The notes beneath the pieces are model-generated. The model did not search any database, was not told where the DNA came from, and saw nothing but the letters and a program-made list of their open reading frames with translations. From NCBI RefSeq assembly GCF_009914755.1, contig NC_060926.1: a DNA stretch of 64,000 bases; one strand, 5' to 3'. Positions within the stretch are counted from its first letter, which is position 1, and the number at the start of each line of letters is the position of its first letter. A program made the translations under genes and the position numbers. Shown here piece after piece: positions 1 to 22,222 of this stretch. The stretch is from the human T2T-CHM13v2.0 reference genome, Homo sapiens.

Positions 1-2165
1 AGAAAGCTAAAAATCTGCTTTTTAAAAATTAAAAATTAATTTAAAAAATCAAATTTCTACATAGAATGATCAAGAGAAGACACGAAACCTATATTAAGAA
101 TGGAAAACACAGCTATAGATACATGAGGAATTTTTAAGAGGGTATGAAGAACAGGATAGAAGCAGTATAGTTTTTAAATTTCTCTGAAAAAACAGCAACC
201 AGATAAACTCAAATTGCATGGACATTTCCAACAAAACAAGATAGCAAGATATCTTCATGAACCCTACAATATACGTGAGTGAGGACAAGCCATTAACAGC
301 CATAAAGACCTGTGGTTGGCATCTGTGTAGAAGAAAGCAACAGGACATCTGATGGGCCTGAGCAAATGAGACCCCAGCATGTCCAACAAGTAAGCACTGG
401 AAGGGAGAGTGGGCCAACTTCAGACAGCAGCTGACCAGGGAGGGTTATGCCCTTTCAACAGGGGGTCATTGCACAGTAACTAGATTTGAACAGCCTATTT
501 CACTTTAATCACATATAAACAACAACAAAAAAACTGTAAATGTTCAATTACTTAACAATAAATGCAGTTACATAGGCAACAAGTGAAATCTACATAACGA
601 ATTAATAAGAACCGAAACATGAAACTTTCAAAACGCGAGGATACTAAGACAGGTGATGTATTTAAATTTCTAGTTTTAATTTTAAATTAGAAAATGATAA
701 AAATGTCTTATGTGCTTTTATGATTTCTTGGAAAGAAGAGCAAATGGAAGAGTGAACCCTTTGAAAAAAATCTCGTTCCCAATTAGGCATCTATGGTTGA
801 TAATTATCTGAATTTCATAAATACCAACATGATATACAATAGTTCCTTAGCATTTGTCATTTTAAGTTTCTATCATTTTATCTTCTATAGCAATTCCAAA
901 CTCCAAGATACGTAGCAATCTGCCGCATTCCCAAGGCCTAGATATAAACTGAGGCCAATGAGTAGCTAGATGGAAGCTGTGTGGCTAGTTAGTAGTAGAC
1001 TCAACTCGTTGCGTAATATCACATCTAAAAGTGACTTTCCTACTCTTAACCTTTCACACTTTATGCCTTTTGAATGAGATATTAAATGTTATAGTAGTAG
1101 TCACAAATTCATAGCAAATGTCTTAAGACATATCCCTCTCAACATCAAGGATCTCTTGAACCTGTACTCTGTCCAGACATTCCTTATCCAAATATAGTTC
1201 TAGATATAAGGAATTATTTCCTAACTAAAGCTGTACGTCTATTGTACCCTAGGCTTCCATTAACACAATCCTAGAAAATGACTATTATCCTTGGGTAAAG
1301 CTCCAAAGTCAAACATACTCAAGTCTGCAGAAATTTCATTTATTGTGTATTTACAAAAGACTCATTGAAAAAAGATTTGATAAACTGCTCAATTCCTTAA
1401 AAATAATTTAAATGTCAAACATAATAGATATACGACTTTGGTCTCAAACCCTCCAATGTACTTTACTGTACAATTAATCAACTTCCTCCATTTGCTGAAT
1501 GTTAAACTCAGATTTATTCACATTGACATGGCAGCTGTTTTAAACAGTTATATCACAAAGGCAAACGCAGGTAAAATAGATATGCATTAAAAAAGCAAAA
1601 TTCAATAGCATATATACTCATTGGTTCACCTCAACATATTTGTTTCTAGACCAAATTTAATTCTCTATTAGTGCAATTTACTATTTTGAGGTCTATTTTT
1701 CTTAAAATTCAGGACTAAAAGAAATTCATTGTAGCTTACAATACCATTTATAGAAGATTAAAGTTAGCCACTTGATCCTTTATAATGAAGGTTGCAAAAA
1801 CCTTAAAATACATTAGAATGACATAAAAAATAAATGTTACAGTCAATTTTTACTACTTTATTCTAATTTGTTGAGTTTGCTAGATCTCCATATCTTAAAC
1901 ACAAGCCTAAGAGTCCTTATTTACTAGAGAATGTGCAACATTTTTGTCTCCATTCTTAATGGTTTTTCAAATTCACCTATTAGACCATCACAGAACTTGT
2001 TTAAACTGTATTTCAATTTTGGCTTGGGCCTGACACTTCCAAAACCCATTTCACTGAACTTTGAAGTAAAATGATTACTACTGCTAAACCTGAGACTCAT
2101 CCTTCAAAAACTAATTGAATCATTAATTGATCATTAATTGAATCCTACAAGAATGTCTTATTCTT

Positions 2166-3400
<1,235 letters not shown>

Positions 3401-3749
3401 GTGACTGTACTCAAGTATAGCCTGAGTATAGTACAAAACCACTTATGTGTTTTCACAAAATCATTCTGTTAACTCCTTAAAAGGCCATAGGCTTCCAAGA
3501 GATTTAAATAGGCTCACGTACTATGTTTACTATGTAAGGAAAGTAAAATACTTATAATACTATACTTTAAAATGGTTTTCTATAACAAAGATTTTTAGTT
3601 ATTTCACTCTTCATTAGTAATAAATCTCAACATGAATATCTTATTTCCTGAGCTTTCTGGTTAACTAAAATTTTACTATAGCATATTAGTAATAGTGTCT
3701 GGCAATTATGTTTATTAGAGCATGATATCAAAACTTGTTTTTGGTAAAG

Positions 3750-3970
3750 ATCTAGTACCCAGAATACATAAACAACTCTTACAAAGTCAACAATAAAAAG
3801 ACAACCCAGTTTAAAAATGGGCAATGGATCTGATCAGACATTTCTCCAAAGAAGATATATAAATGGCAAATAAGCACATGAAAGATGCATGTCATTAGGT
3901 AAATGAAAATCAAAACCATAATGAAATTCCACTTCACAGCTGCTAGGATGGCCATAATCAAGAAGATGGG
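3750..3970 (+). mobile_element. Old L1 (L1M) ORF2 3' fragment
   Basis: aaaaatgggc...cagacatttctccaaagaagatata...gaaaatcaaaaccataatga resembles L1 ORF2 3' region. Confidence 0.75.
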
Positions 3971-4083
3971 TCATTAGTGTAGTGCCAGAACATTAAGAAG
4001 AAACCATTAATGCAACAAAATCCAACTGCAGAGTAATTTGGTAAAAGTTGTTTTGAAGATTGCCTATCTTTCACTAAGCTTAC

Positions 4084-4263
4084 CAATTTTCAAATCATCA
4101 GCCAGACTTTCTTTTGTAAGATTCAACAGTTCTTTTCCATCAATGTTATTCATCTTGAAAATACCAACAAGATCTTTTAAATCTTGTGCACAAAGCCATG
4201 TTGAGACATCCTCCTCTGACCAATCTTCGGTAAATTGCTTCAGCTGATGTTCTGTGCGCCTTG
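4084..4263 (-). CDS. WDSUB1: WDSUB1 coding exon 9 (180 nt), SAM domain
   Basis: Flanked by ttttaag| and |GTAAGC; translates (A)[59 protein letters not shown], a SAM motif; phase 1-1 fits the upstream exons. Confidence 0.97.
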
Positions 4264-4371
4264 CTTAAAATAAACAAACAAGTAAGTGAGATAACAAAAA
4301 AGTATTTCCTTTATAAACATTCTCACTTTGAATTAAAAGTAAATGAAATTTCCTTAAATCTGTGTTTTATA

Positions 4372-4500
4372 GCTAGGTACAGTGGCTCATGCCTATAATC
4401 CTAGCTTCTCAAGTGGCTGAGGCAGGAGGATCACTTGAAGTCAGGAGTTCAAGACCGGCCTAAGTAACATAGGGAGACCAGTCTCAAAAAAAAAAAAAAA
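4372..4500 (+). mobile_element. Alu monomer (FLAM-like)
   Basis: Left-arm Alu sequence ending in an A-tail. Confidence 0.85.
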
Positions 4501-4888
4501 ATTGTTTTACCACTTTAACTTGCTTTTGGATCATTTTCTTTTTCACATCAGGAAAACAATTTTTTATTATATAAAATTCATACCAGCAAAGGTATTCTAT
4601 TTGCTCCATCATCTGCATATCAGCACCACTATTTAGATAATTCTGACAGTGATAAAAATAAAACTCCTAAATTATGTGCCAATGTCGCTTGATGCCAAAA
4701 TAAAACCAACAAAATACAACGATAATTTCGATTTTGTCCTGAGGTTATATTTACCTGAAAAATTAGTATGGAGTATAAACAAATAACTTAGAAACCATGG
4801 GAGGAGTGGGACACATGAATGTGCACTGAAAGCATTTACCAACAGCTTTAACACAGCCCAGCCACTTCAACACTGGCTTCTGTAAAAT

Positions 4889-5591
<703 letters not shown>

Positions 5592-5645
5592 TGACCCTAA
5601 TGGTGAGTGGGGTTGAAATGAGTGAAAAATGATGTCCTTACTAAC

Positions 5646-5752
5646 CTTGGCAAAGTGTTTCCAGGTCAAATTGCCAGATGTTCACTGTTTTGTCCATTGA
5701 ACCAGTAGCAAGTAAAAGGGTATTAGGTGCAAAAGCACAAGTTGTGACATAC
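5646..5752 (-). CDS. WDSUB1: WDSUB1 coding exon 8 (107 nt), last WD40 repeat
   Basis: ctag| acceptor, |GTTAG donor; [35 protein letters not shown]. Confidence 0.97.
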
Positions 5753-5832
5753 CTAGTTAATAAAAACAACTATTATGTATCTTCTGACTAATTTTTAAAT
5801 TATATTAATACAAGGTGAGGTTAAGTTCAGAC

Positions 5833-5873
5833 CTGGTGTGCTGAGTCAATGTGTGAAGTATATTCTCAGTATT
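5833..5873 (-). CDS. WDSUB1: WDSUB1 coding exon 7 (41 nt)
   Basis: ttcag| acceptor, |GTCTGA donor; NTENILHTLTQHT(R); frame-consistent with exons 6 and 8. Confidence 0.94.
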
Positions 5874-6264
5874 CTGAAAAACAATAAAAACAGCTTTAAA
5901 TTTACTCAAGTAAGAGTAAAGTTACTGATGAAGACTCATTTGACATAAATGGGTTGTATACTAAGTGGATATATTAATATTTATTAGTAACTAACATAAG
6001 TTGAAACTTTACTCAATGAATAGCAGAAACAGCATCTGTAACAGCATTCTCAGGTACTTACTTCACTTTTTGTCAATTATCGGCATTATTGTCTGCTAGC
6101 CACCTCCTTAGAAATTTTTAGTACAGTAGACCCTTGGCATTTGCTCATCTGTTTGAACCTACTAATAGTAACCTAAACATCTATTACCTGAAATAATTCA
6201 TATTTTTGACTATGGCATTTGACTTGTATACATTGCAGGACCAGTGAGTAGAAATTAGTCCCTT

Positions 6265-6573
<309 letters not shown>

Positions 6574-6710
6574 TTAGAGTACACTAAGGTGTCCATCTAA
6601 CATTTTAGGTGTATTTAAGTGGGACTCATACATATTTTACAGAGACAATTTAGTGTTATAATTGTTTTTGAGAATGTAAAATCTCATGAAACGTTCATGA
6701 GAAATATTAA

Positions 6711-7213
<503 letters not shown>

Positions 7214-7697
7214 CAACTTGGTCTTTACCCACACATGGATCAGTAAAAAACTCCCATTTTCCAAGTCCATGATAACCTATCCTTTCTTATGCCTCTCCCT
7301 AAATCCAGCCAGGACTCTAAGAATGGTAGGTCACTTTCAACCATATTCACCAAAAACCCTAGGGTAAACATTCATCCTTTGCTATTATGGAAGCCTGGTG
7401 TAAAAGTTTAATAATTGATTGTATGTGATGTTTTGAACACTGGTGCTCTTTAAATATGTATAGTTTATGATCACATTTAAAATCTATCCATCTTAAAATC
7501 ATTACTGAAATATTTAAGGGCTTGTTGCAGAACCAATATCTTACTTGCGTAACTATTTTAGCATTTGTGAAAATATTTATGTTCTTAGTCATACTAAACA
7601 GAAAAAATATATACTTTTTCTACCAGGCCTAACTTGAAGTTCAGTAGTCTAATAAACATAACTTTCATAGATCACCACAAGATTTTTAAATACTTAC

Positions 7698-7731
7698 AGT
7701 ATCATATACTATGACAGACTTATCCACTGAC
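7698..7731 (-). CDS. WDSUB1: WDSUB1 coding exon 6 (34 nt)
   Basis: taag| acceptor, |GTAAGT donor; (G)SVDKSVIVYDT completes the WD40 motif begun in exon 5. Confidence 0.95.
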
Positions 7732-7908
7732 CTTAAAAGAAAATAAATTATAGGTGAAAAGTTCTATAAAAACAAAGTACAGCATTTATGTAATTAGTAT
7801 TTTTAAGTAATTTTAGTAACTTTTCTAGAAAAGACAGATATTAACATACATTTAGAATGCAATCCTTTTGTTCATATGCATGAAAACTTTAATTCAAAAA
7901 ACTACACG

Positions 7909-8200
7909 TGGCCAGGCGCAGCGGCTCACGCCTGTAATCCCAGCACTTTGGGAGGTTGATTCGAGCGGATCATGAGGTCAGGAGTTTGAGACCAGCCTGG
8001 CCAACATGGTGAAACCCATGTCTACTAAAAATACAGAAAAAAATTATCCGGGCATGGTGGCGTGCACCTGTAATCCCATCTCCTTGGTAAGCTGAGGCAA
8101 GAGGATGGCCTGAACCTGGGAGGTGGAGGTTACAATGAGCCAAGATCATGCCACTGTACTCCAGCCTGGGTGGCAAAGTGAGACTCTATCTCAAAAAAAA
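7909..8200 (+). mobile_element. AluS
   Basis: Alu consensus with A-tail. Confidence 0.9.
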
Positions 8201-8950
8201 CAACATGCCATATATAAAATTTAGAAAATTATAAGCTTTATTAAAACAATAGTATATACTATTTACGCTACATGACCATGAACAGAACAAGCATCTCTGA
8301 TATATAAATAAAACACGACTCTATAACAAGTTAGTAACTGAATGGGAAAAACCACAAGGAAAAGCTATTATTTGCTACTTGGTTTTGTTTCAGATAGCAC
8401 TATTCTTTACCATTGATAAGGCGTGCCTTAAATGCTAATCAATGTATATATGTTTTGATTATGATCCATTTTTGAAAATTATAATTCTAAACTTGATGTT
8501 GACTACATGATTCCTTGTAATGGTATAAAAATTAAAAGCAGACATCTGGGGTTATGCTAGCAAAGAAAAAGAACATCACACACACAAAAATACAACATTA
8601 TAACAAAATGAGTAATTTAAAACAATGGATAAATATGCCTCTATCTGGCATTTCTACCCCCCTTGGAAACAGGCTTTTATGCCAGAACAATATACACTAC
8701 AAGGTGAAAAAACATCTGCAATACAAGTGGTACCACACTCTGCAGAACATTAATATTTGTACTTATTAAGGGAGCTGATCACAGTCTGACCACAGGATTC
8801 ACACCTATTAGCTTAAAATTCCTTGTTCAGTAGACCCTCCAATGTTGATGATGGATACTGACTACAGAATCTTTGTCATAAGTTCAAAATAGAAATTATA
8901 CTTTAAAAGTTCAAAGATATAAAATAAAACACAAGAACTTGGGAAGCATA

Positions 8951-9277
8951 TACTGTCAGCCCTCCATATCCACAGGTTTCCTATCTGTGAATTCAACCAT
9001 GAATCAAAATATTCAAGAAAAACATAATAAATTGAAATAGGAAAAAAATAACAAAAAATAATACAAATAAAAATACTGCAAAACTATTTACATAGCCCTT
9101 ACATTGTATTAGGTATTATAAGTAATCTAGAGATGATTTAAAGTATATGGATAATGTGTGTAGGTTACATGCAAATATCACACCATTTTATATAAGGGAC
9201 TTGAGCATCCACAGGTTTTGGTATCCAAGGTAGCAGTCCTGGACCCAATCCCCTGCAGATACCAACGGATAACTGTA
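8951..9277. mobile_element. TcMar-Tigger MITE (Tigger3/MER7-like)
   Basis: TA-flanked termini; internal ttacattgtattaggtattataagtaatctagagatgatttaaagtat typical of Tigger3. Confidence 0.8.
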
Positions 9278-9735
9278 ATGCATTCCAGATGCAAAAAGAA
9301 TTATAGCTTTCAATGTTAAACTGCATCCAAAATACAGTGAGAAATAGTATTGACAGCTAACACTACGTGAGTATGTATGTGATGGACATAATTTACAGAC
9401 ACTTTTATTTAATCCTAAGTTCTTCAAGGTACAAGTTCTTATTTGTGAAATATCTGAAATTCTTAGGCCAAATTCTGCTATTTTGAGCATCCTTAAAACA
9501 CACACACAACTAAAGAGTGATGTCAGCAAGATGGCAGAGTATAACTTCCCATGCTTGTCCCCTCACAGGGACATCAATTTGAAAAAGTATCCACACACAC
9601 ACAAAAATACTTTCATAACAGCTAAGAAAACCAGGTCTCCAGCTATAGCTACATGGCTGGGGGTCAGGAGCATGTTAAATATTACTTTTCAAGATTATAT
9701 GATGAGATGAAAGGAAAACTGGTCAACTGAAACTC

Positions 9736-9740
9736 ATATA

Positions 9741-9789
<49 letters not shown>
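9736..9789. repeat. (AT)n followed by poly-T
   Basis: Seen directly. Confidence 0.95.
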
Positions 9790-9793
<4 letters not shown>

Positions 9794-11739
9794 AAATGAA
9801 CTGGTCATTGGGTGAACTGGCTTTTGGTTAATTGACCTAGAGCCCAGTTCTGCTTAAGCCTGACTTTTCTAAAGGGATAATTAGCCAAAATTTCATCTGG
9901 AGCTGGCTAGAGCCCAGCCATGCTAAGCTTACAAAGAAAATGGTTCTCTCATCTGGCCCCCATTACACTGTCTCAAATAAAATCCTCATTGGTACCACAA
10001 ATCAAAAACAAAACCCCAAAATTAAAAAGAAATCCCACTTTCCTAGACTACCACCAGAGACAATTCAAACCAACTCATCACTTAATAAGCAGGATTATCC
10101 TTAGTGATCTCTATGAGCATTGGATTGGGAAGACAGAAATCAGTGCGACAGGCAAGAGTCCACATATGGGAACGGCAAGCAGTAAGGCTGAAAACACAGC
10201 CCCGAACAAAAATACAAAGCACCCTGAGTGTCTGCCCAAGGAATCTGGACGATTTCACAGGCCACAGCTAGCCATGAGGGCAGTGGAATAAGTTCACTTG
10301 CTGATGAGGTATAAAAAGGAATTTGAGAAGCGCAAGGCCAAACATGAATAAACCAGTAGGAGACCACTGAATCCATGGAAAAAAAAACAAAAAACGAAAA
10401 TTATAAACACATGAACAGACCTGCAGGCTCTGGAAGAAAGGATTTTAAACTCACTTCCTATTGCCTTTAGTTTAACTAATGATGATTCCAAGGAAGATGC
10501 AATAGGATTTGATAATTCATTAGATTTTGAGGAAGGTAAATTAGGGTTAGGGAAAAATAACAGAAGTTTTCAATATTTTGAGATTTGAGTTTGAGAGATC
10601 AGGAGAATAAAAGCCAACTTACATAGACACAAAATAGTTTGAAACTACTGAAGCAATAAAAACCCTCAAAATATTCCCTAAATTGAAGCCAAATCAACAA
10701 CCACTAAACAAAAAATCCAACTGTTTGGTGTCCCTGGTTATGTATTTTCTTCCTGCTATAGTTCGTCCCCCAAATTTTCAGTACATACATTCTGCCACAA
10801 TCTGCCCTGTCATCTTTCCCCCAGTTTCCTCATGAGGCAGGTATTCAACCTTTTGATACTCCATTCCTACAGTTTTGTGGTGCTCTAAAACCTCAGCTCT
10901 GCTCACTCAAGAATACAAGAGAAACCCGTCAATTATATCTAGACAGCTACTGGACAACATCAACAACACATAGCTATGTGCTTGACATGGACGTGGTGTA
11001 ATCACAGACTCCTCGAGATCCGTGACATCGCAGTGACCCATCTCAAAACTAACTTTGTACAATGGCCAAAAAACTAATCAAATACAATCACTAGCAATTA
11101 TTTCCTGAGCCCAAGTATGTTGCTAACATTTAAAGATTTTACACTTCAGTATTTTAATTTTAAATGTATTTATGTTTCTTCTCATTTAGAAAGGATTTGC
11201 AGTCTCTTACAAAGATAGAGCAAAAACAAAAGTTATGTGAAGAACCTGAAGGGGAAGAGAACGTAAGAATGAGGTGAGGGGAGAGAATGAAGGTGAAGAT
11301 TAATATAGATTAATATCAAAAACACGTGTCATAGGTCCTGTCCACTTTGCCAAAGAAAGGTTGCAAGTTTGATTCTGAGCTTCTTCAGTAGCAATGCAAA
11401 AAGGAAATATGACCAGTTATGCAATGTAAAATAGAAACACAAACCCAATGCTTGGGGAAAAAGGACATGAAGCCCTCAGACTGAGACCTGACAGGACCAC
11501 TTTCCCCAAGGCCTTTAGAGGAGGATGCTATGAAACATAAACCGAGTCCTCAACAACTCTTCCTGAATGAAAATAAGTTTCAAAGAGCTGTTCTGTAATG
11601 CTGCTTACTGTAAGCTAATGGCTAATAGCTCAATTCAGAAAAATGGGGTAAAATACGTTATATAATTGGTGTTCTGGATTACATAAATTATATCTATTAT
11701 TTTATGTACTATTTAATATATATGTATTGAGCAGTGATG

Positions 11740-11945
11740 TCCCAAACATAATAAATGCTTTATCTGCATTTTCTTAATCTTCATAACAATGTTATGAGGA
11801 AAGTGCTATTACATTCTCCATTTTATAGTCAGAACATGAAGCTGGGAGAAGACACGGAACCAGAACTTGTTCAAGGTCCTGCAGCTAGTTAAGTGGCAAG
11901 GCTGGGGTTAAAACCCAGTTCTGTGTAATTCTAAAACCCATGTTT
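11740..11945. mobile_element. MIR
   Basis: ttaatcttcataacaat...ccattttatag...aacttgttcaaggtcctgcagctagttaagtggc MIR core. Confidence 0.7.
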
Positions 11946-12648
11946 TTTAATATTATGCTTGCTAAAATATCTTCCCCCAATGTATCAAAATTGATTCAAC
12001 ACAGGCACATACTCTGATGATTTCAGCCTAAAAACTTGAAAAGTGATGGTGTGGCTATTCAAATTTCACTAAAGCTCTCAGAAGACATCTACTTTCAAGC
12101 AATCTAGCATCTGATAACCCTCCGTGATACACAGATGGCAACGTGTCCTTTTCAGTTACTAAATGAACTTACTTGTTCAACAGGACTGTTAGCAATATTG
12201 TAGAGAAAAAACATGATTTGCATTTTGGGAAAGATAACGTTAAGCCTTCTTCAGCTAGTCATTGCTGAGCAAGAGGGGGCTGTTCATGAAAGCACTCCTA
12301 ACTCGTGACAATAAACTCTATCATTTACTTACAAAATAGATAAAATATAAACAACTGTCTTGTTGGGGAGAGGAGAAACCTATTTCCCACCCCTTCTGGG
12401 GTAAGATTCTTGGCCTCTTTCCTCCCTCTCATGCCTAGCGGAAAATAAATGACAAATAACTGGAGAGTGTGGGGCAAGCGCTGGGCCATGGAGCTGAGCC
12501 CCTTCTGGATTTTCTCTTTTTTCTGATCTGCACTGGCAGGGGAAGACTGCAGTGGTCCATGCTGCCCAAGAGCAGGTGGGCAAGTGGGTTGCCGATCAAA
12601 AGTCATGTTACCCAGTCCCGTATTGCCCTCTCATTGGTTTTCAACTCA

Positions 12649-13570
<922 letters not shown>

Positions 13571-13789
13571 GACTGACTCTTCCTGTTTTAACAGCGGCTG
13601 ATATATATAATGTTTGTTGTATCTGGCTAGATCAAGAGAAGTAGGGTGGAACAAAAGACAAATTCTGCTAAGGGGCTGGAGCAAAGTTATTAGGGGACAG
13701 AAGTGGAGAAAGACCAAGGGAAAAACCTCTTGCGTATTTTGCTACAGGACCTGTAACGCCATCACAGCTCTGAGGGCTGGTGGAATATG

Positions 13790-14404
13790 TGAAGCAGATG
13801 TGAAAATCCAGCTGTCTTCTGCTATGCCAGACATTAAAAAGATCTTCAAAAATGTAGAACAATGCCACTCTTTTCACTATTTATTTTTTCCTCAAAAAGC
13901 TAATATGCAATAATCTATTGCTTTTAAATGAATTTAAAATATTTCAGAATATTCTCGATTGTATTTTCTAGTATTATAAATAGTGATAGATGTAACCCAT
14001 ATAAGCAAAAGCTCTTTAGGGTAATAACTTTTAAGAGTGTCAAGGAACCTTACTTTTTTTTTGAGACAGAGTCTTGCTCTGTCGCCCAGGCTGGAGTGTG
14101 GTGGCACGATCTGGACTCACCGCAAGCACCGCCTCCCGGGTTCACGCCACTCTCCTGCCTCAGCCTCCCGAGTAGCTGGGACTACAGGCACCCGCCACAA
14201 CGCCCGGCTAATTTTTTGTATTTTTAGTACAGATGGGGTTTCACCATGTTAGCCAGGATGGTCTTGATCTCCTGACCTCATGATCCGCCCGCCTCGGCCT
14301 CCCAAAGTGCTGGGATTACAGGCGTGAGCCACCGCGCCTGGCCAAGGAATCTTACTTTTAAGAATGTGAAGGAATCTTAAGACCAAAAAGTATAAGAACC
14401 ACTG
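13790..14404. mobile_element. hAT-Charlie DNA transposon end fragment, interrupted by AluY (14054-14344, -)
   Basis: cagctgtcttctgctatgccagacattaaaaagat...aaaagctctttaggg...gaccaaaaagtataagaaccactg; Alu TSD approximately AAGGAA(C/T)CTTACTTT. Confidence 0.65.
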
Positions 14405-14625
14405 ACCTAAATCATGATTCAATTATTCACTTCTCTATTCTGACCTATAACCGCATTCTGTTGTCCATTCACTTTTCATCTCTAGCCACTTATATTCATC
14501 TCTAGACACTAGTCTCCTATAGCTAGGCTTTGCATGTTAGAATTGCTTTAGAAGTTTCAGAAGTTCTCCTAAATTTAATATATAAGGTTTGAACAAGTTC
14601 TAACACCATCCTAGGTTCTCAGGGG

Positions 14626-15460
<835 letters not shown>

Positions 15461-16449
15461 TTAGTACACAATACTGACCTACAACCACATTCTGCTGTCC
15501 ATTCACTTTTCATCTCTAGCCACTTATATTCATATACAGCCTCGTTTTATCCTACTCACTTTTTTTAGTCTCCCTCTTTCCCATACGTATTCATTCTATC
15601 TTATCATTGACTTTTAGTCACAAATAGAATCTATCATTAACTAATTGACCTATTTTTATCTACTAAGTATGATTTAAATATGCCTGTCAATTCTTCTAAA
15701 AACTAAATGTTTATTAAGTTTATTAATTTACATTTCTCATTCATTTGCCTGTATATTTGTCCAAATAAACTAGAAATATTCAGAAAAATATTTGAATGTG
15801 ACCTTGAGCAACACCATATACCCAAAAGCACTTGATAATGTAAACTTCCATTTATCCAGAATGATTGGGAAAGACACATTTCCATAAATACAATGTTAAC
15901 TAAGACACACATATATACAAACTGGCAAAGAATTATACCGCTATAAAATGAACTTAACACAATATTGAGTATCACTTAACACTTCCTCCATGACTCAGAG
16001 GATAAGTACATGTCAGGGTCTTGCAGTGTTATTAGTTCATCACTATGAACATCAACTACTAAATAGAAAAGAGGGGATTTAAAATGTCTTCAAGAGCACA
16101 AACACTGTCTTATACTTCCTTTTCTATGCCCTATTCCAACTGGCAGAGAGCTGGGCACATAATCATTCTGTCAGCTAACCTGTCCCCTAACACAGCAGAC
16201 AGAGTTCAACTTTATTTGTTTAAACTTTCCAATGATTTAAATTCTAGGTCAAAAGACAATTACTATAAATACTTTTTGATGATGAATAATCTTCATCTTT
16301 AGAGATCAAACAGCCACATCTACAATAATGACAACAACATAACTAGTAATTTGGCTGTTTGGCAAGAATTGGAGCATATGGAAAAAAAGAACCATCAGCC
16401 TTAGTCCAGACATTCTAAATGGAGGTTAGGAGCCTAAATATCTTAGCTG

Positions 16450-19525
<3,076 letters not shown>

Positions 19526-19557
19526 ATGGTTTAGGAAAATTAAACCAACTAGCTTAC

Positions 19558-19651
19558 CCTGAGACTAGCATCTGCCCATCATGGGAAAAAGCACAAGCCA
19601 GAACAGGAGCACAGTGCCCACTCAGTGTACTTTTATATTTTAATTCAAAAC
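19558..19651 (-). CDS. WDSUB1: WDSUB1 coding exon 5 (94 nt)
   Basis: ttgcag| acceptor, |GTAAGC donor; (G)[30 protein letters not shown](G). Confidence 0.97.
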
Positions 19652-19841
19652 CTGCAAATAACAAGGTAACAGAGATTAGAAAGCTGACCATGCTTAGAAT
19701 TGATTTTTAAGTCAACACCATTTCACTTATTTATTTAACAAATAATCTTTGAGTGCCTAAAGGACACAAAAATTAAAAATCCTCATGCAGCTCAGATATC
19801 TATAAGGAAATAATTGGGATGCAGTGTGATTAACTGGTTTC

Positions 19842-20376
19842 TGTTGACTAAAGAATAAAGTCAAATTTTTAAAGAATTGAAGTAGCTTTACTCAGAAGTC
19901 TTACTGAGGACTACAGACTAAGGCCTATGGCCTGGGAGCTACAGCGCAATCTGTAAGACCACTCCCAAGCAGCGTTTCAGCCCGCTGCGTACATACAGGT
20001 GGTAGAGGTTTAGTATGTGCAAAATCACGTCAAACAGAAGTTACATTAAAGCAGAATCACCTCAAGGTCTGGGTTTAAGAGTACATCTGGTTATAGATTT
20101 CTAAAGTGCATTCGGTTACGGATTGCAGAAACATGATCACTAACCCCACTGGACGTTATCTCAGGTAAGAAAAGGCAAGGCTGGGCTCATTTATCTTTTA
20201 AGGAATGTAGTGACTCAGGGAAGAGACATGGGGGACTCTGTGCTCTCCTCTGTTTTGTCTTCAAGGCATTCCTCCAGAGAGCTGCACATTGTCATAGAGT
20301 CGGGGGATTTGTCAAATTATGCTGGCAAGCAGAAAGGAGCAAACATGGCTTCTTGTGTTTGTTACCCTGTCTCACA
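19842..20376. mobile_element. Solo LTR, probably ERV1 (MER4-group)
   Basis: TG...CA termini with 4-bp TSD TTTC (19838-19841 and 20377-20380); subfamily not determined. Confidence 0.75.
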
Positions 20377-21269
20377 TTTCAAAAGCTCAGTAATGGATTT
20401 TAAAAAGCAGTTCAACAAAGGCTAGATGGGGTAATTTCATAACTACCAAAATTTTTAACTTTTAAACTATACCACAATTTTAGTGTCTGATAAAAACAAA
20501 ATACGCCAATTGCCCAAAAGACTTAAAAAAATGCTTACAATTTTTTAAATCTGGCACTTAAAAATATTTTCTCATCCTGTAAAAAAATACTTTCTCATCC
20601 TGTAAATAATCAATGGTAATTTACACATCTTGTAATTCCAATATTATCTTTATAAAATATAACACTCCTACAAAGTATAAAAAGGTATAAAATCCTTTTC
20701 ATGCTTTTAGAATTACTAAATATAAACATCACAACTACTTTAAAAGTATACTGAGGGAATTCAATATATTTTGGTGACAACCTATAAAAATAAAAAGAAA
20801 TTGGCAGGGGTTGGGAAAGAAGGAAAAGGAAATACACGAGGGAAATTTATAACTACATCAGACACAATAAAACCTTTTTTGAAGTGTTAAATGTCTTTTA
20901 GTGAGGATAACAAGCATTTAACTAAAGAAAAAGGTCATCAGAGTAAGTAAAAGTTTCAAGCTCAAAACAGGAAAAAATATATATTTTTATCTGGGAGAGC
21001 AGAGACACACACTAAAGACACCGTGCTAAGTGCTAGAAATACAATGATAAACTTCAAAAGGCTTTAATTCTAACTGGGAACAGAGCAATAAATAGGCATG
21101 ATTAATCAAACAAAGCAAACATATTAAGTTGCACACCAAATTAAGACTATAAAACTTCAATACAACAATAATAGGTTATGTCCTCAAGTATAAGACCCAT
21201 ATGTCTCTCTACTCCTCCCTACAAATAAGCAAATAATAAGGTACAAATGGTGATAAATGCTTTATGAAA

Positions 21270-21576
<307 letters not shown>

Positions 21577-22077
21577 TATGAAAAGTTTTTAACTGCACGT
21601 TTATAAACTGTCATGTATGTTTTTGTTAAAAAGTCAGTGTCAACATATTTTCCAGTAAACATGAAAGGCTTTACTTTTGAACAATTACTAAAGGAACATA
21701 TTTATTTCCCGATAAAAGGTTCTTCTCTATACACTATAAACTAGGATAATTATGAACAACAAAAATACAGTTTGTCATTTAACTGAAGCTTACTAGGTAA
21801 CAAATAATAATATTCTGAGGCTCCTGAATCAATCAAGATGACCACAAAATTTCAGATTCCCCATGAAAATGTCAAGGAAGGAATTAATAAAAACAGAAAT
21901 GTACACTGGTAAAGAGAGTGGGAAGAGGGGCATCAGCAAACCAGAAACTGAATCAACTTTGGGGAGGCAGAAAGCACATTAAGTAATGAAGAAGTATAAA
22001 AGAATAACAGCCCAGCATACAAAGAGACAGGGGTACAGCCAAGAAAGTTATTCTGCCCTAGAAAACACCCCAAGACT

Positions 22078-22222
22078 GGCCAAGCGCAGTGGCCCACGCC
22101 TGTAATCCCAGCATTTTGAGAGGCCAAGGTGGGAGGATCATTTGAGGCCCGGAGTTCAAGACCATCCTGAGAAACAAACTGAGACACTGTCTCTATAAAA
22201 AATTTAAAAATTAGCCAGGGCA
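22078..22222 (+). mobile_element. Alu left monomer within a degraded L1-like region
   Basis: Alu left-arm consensus. Confidence 0.8.

Noticed and set aside
9920-10291. 123-aa + strand ORF in non-repetitive intronic DNA
   Set aside because: No recognisable domain, promoter or splice support; consistent with chance.
20561-20606. 23-bp tandem duplication (also a short TAATTGA(A)TCAT repeat at ~2112-2144)
   Set aside because: Ordinary slippage-type microduplications with no further structure.
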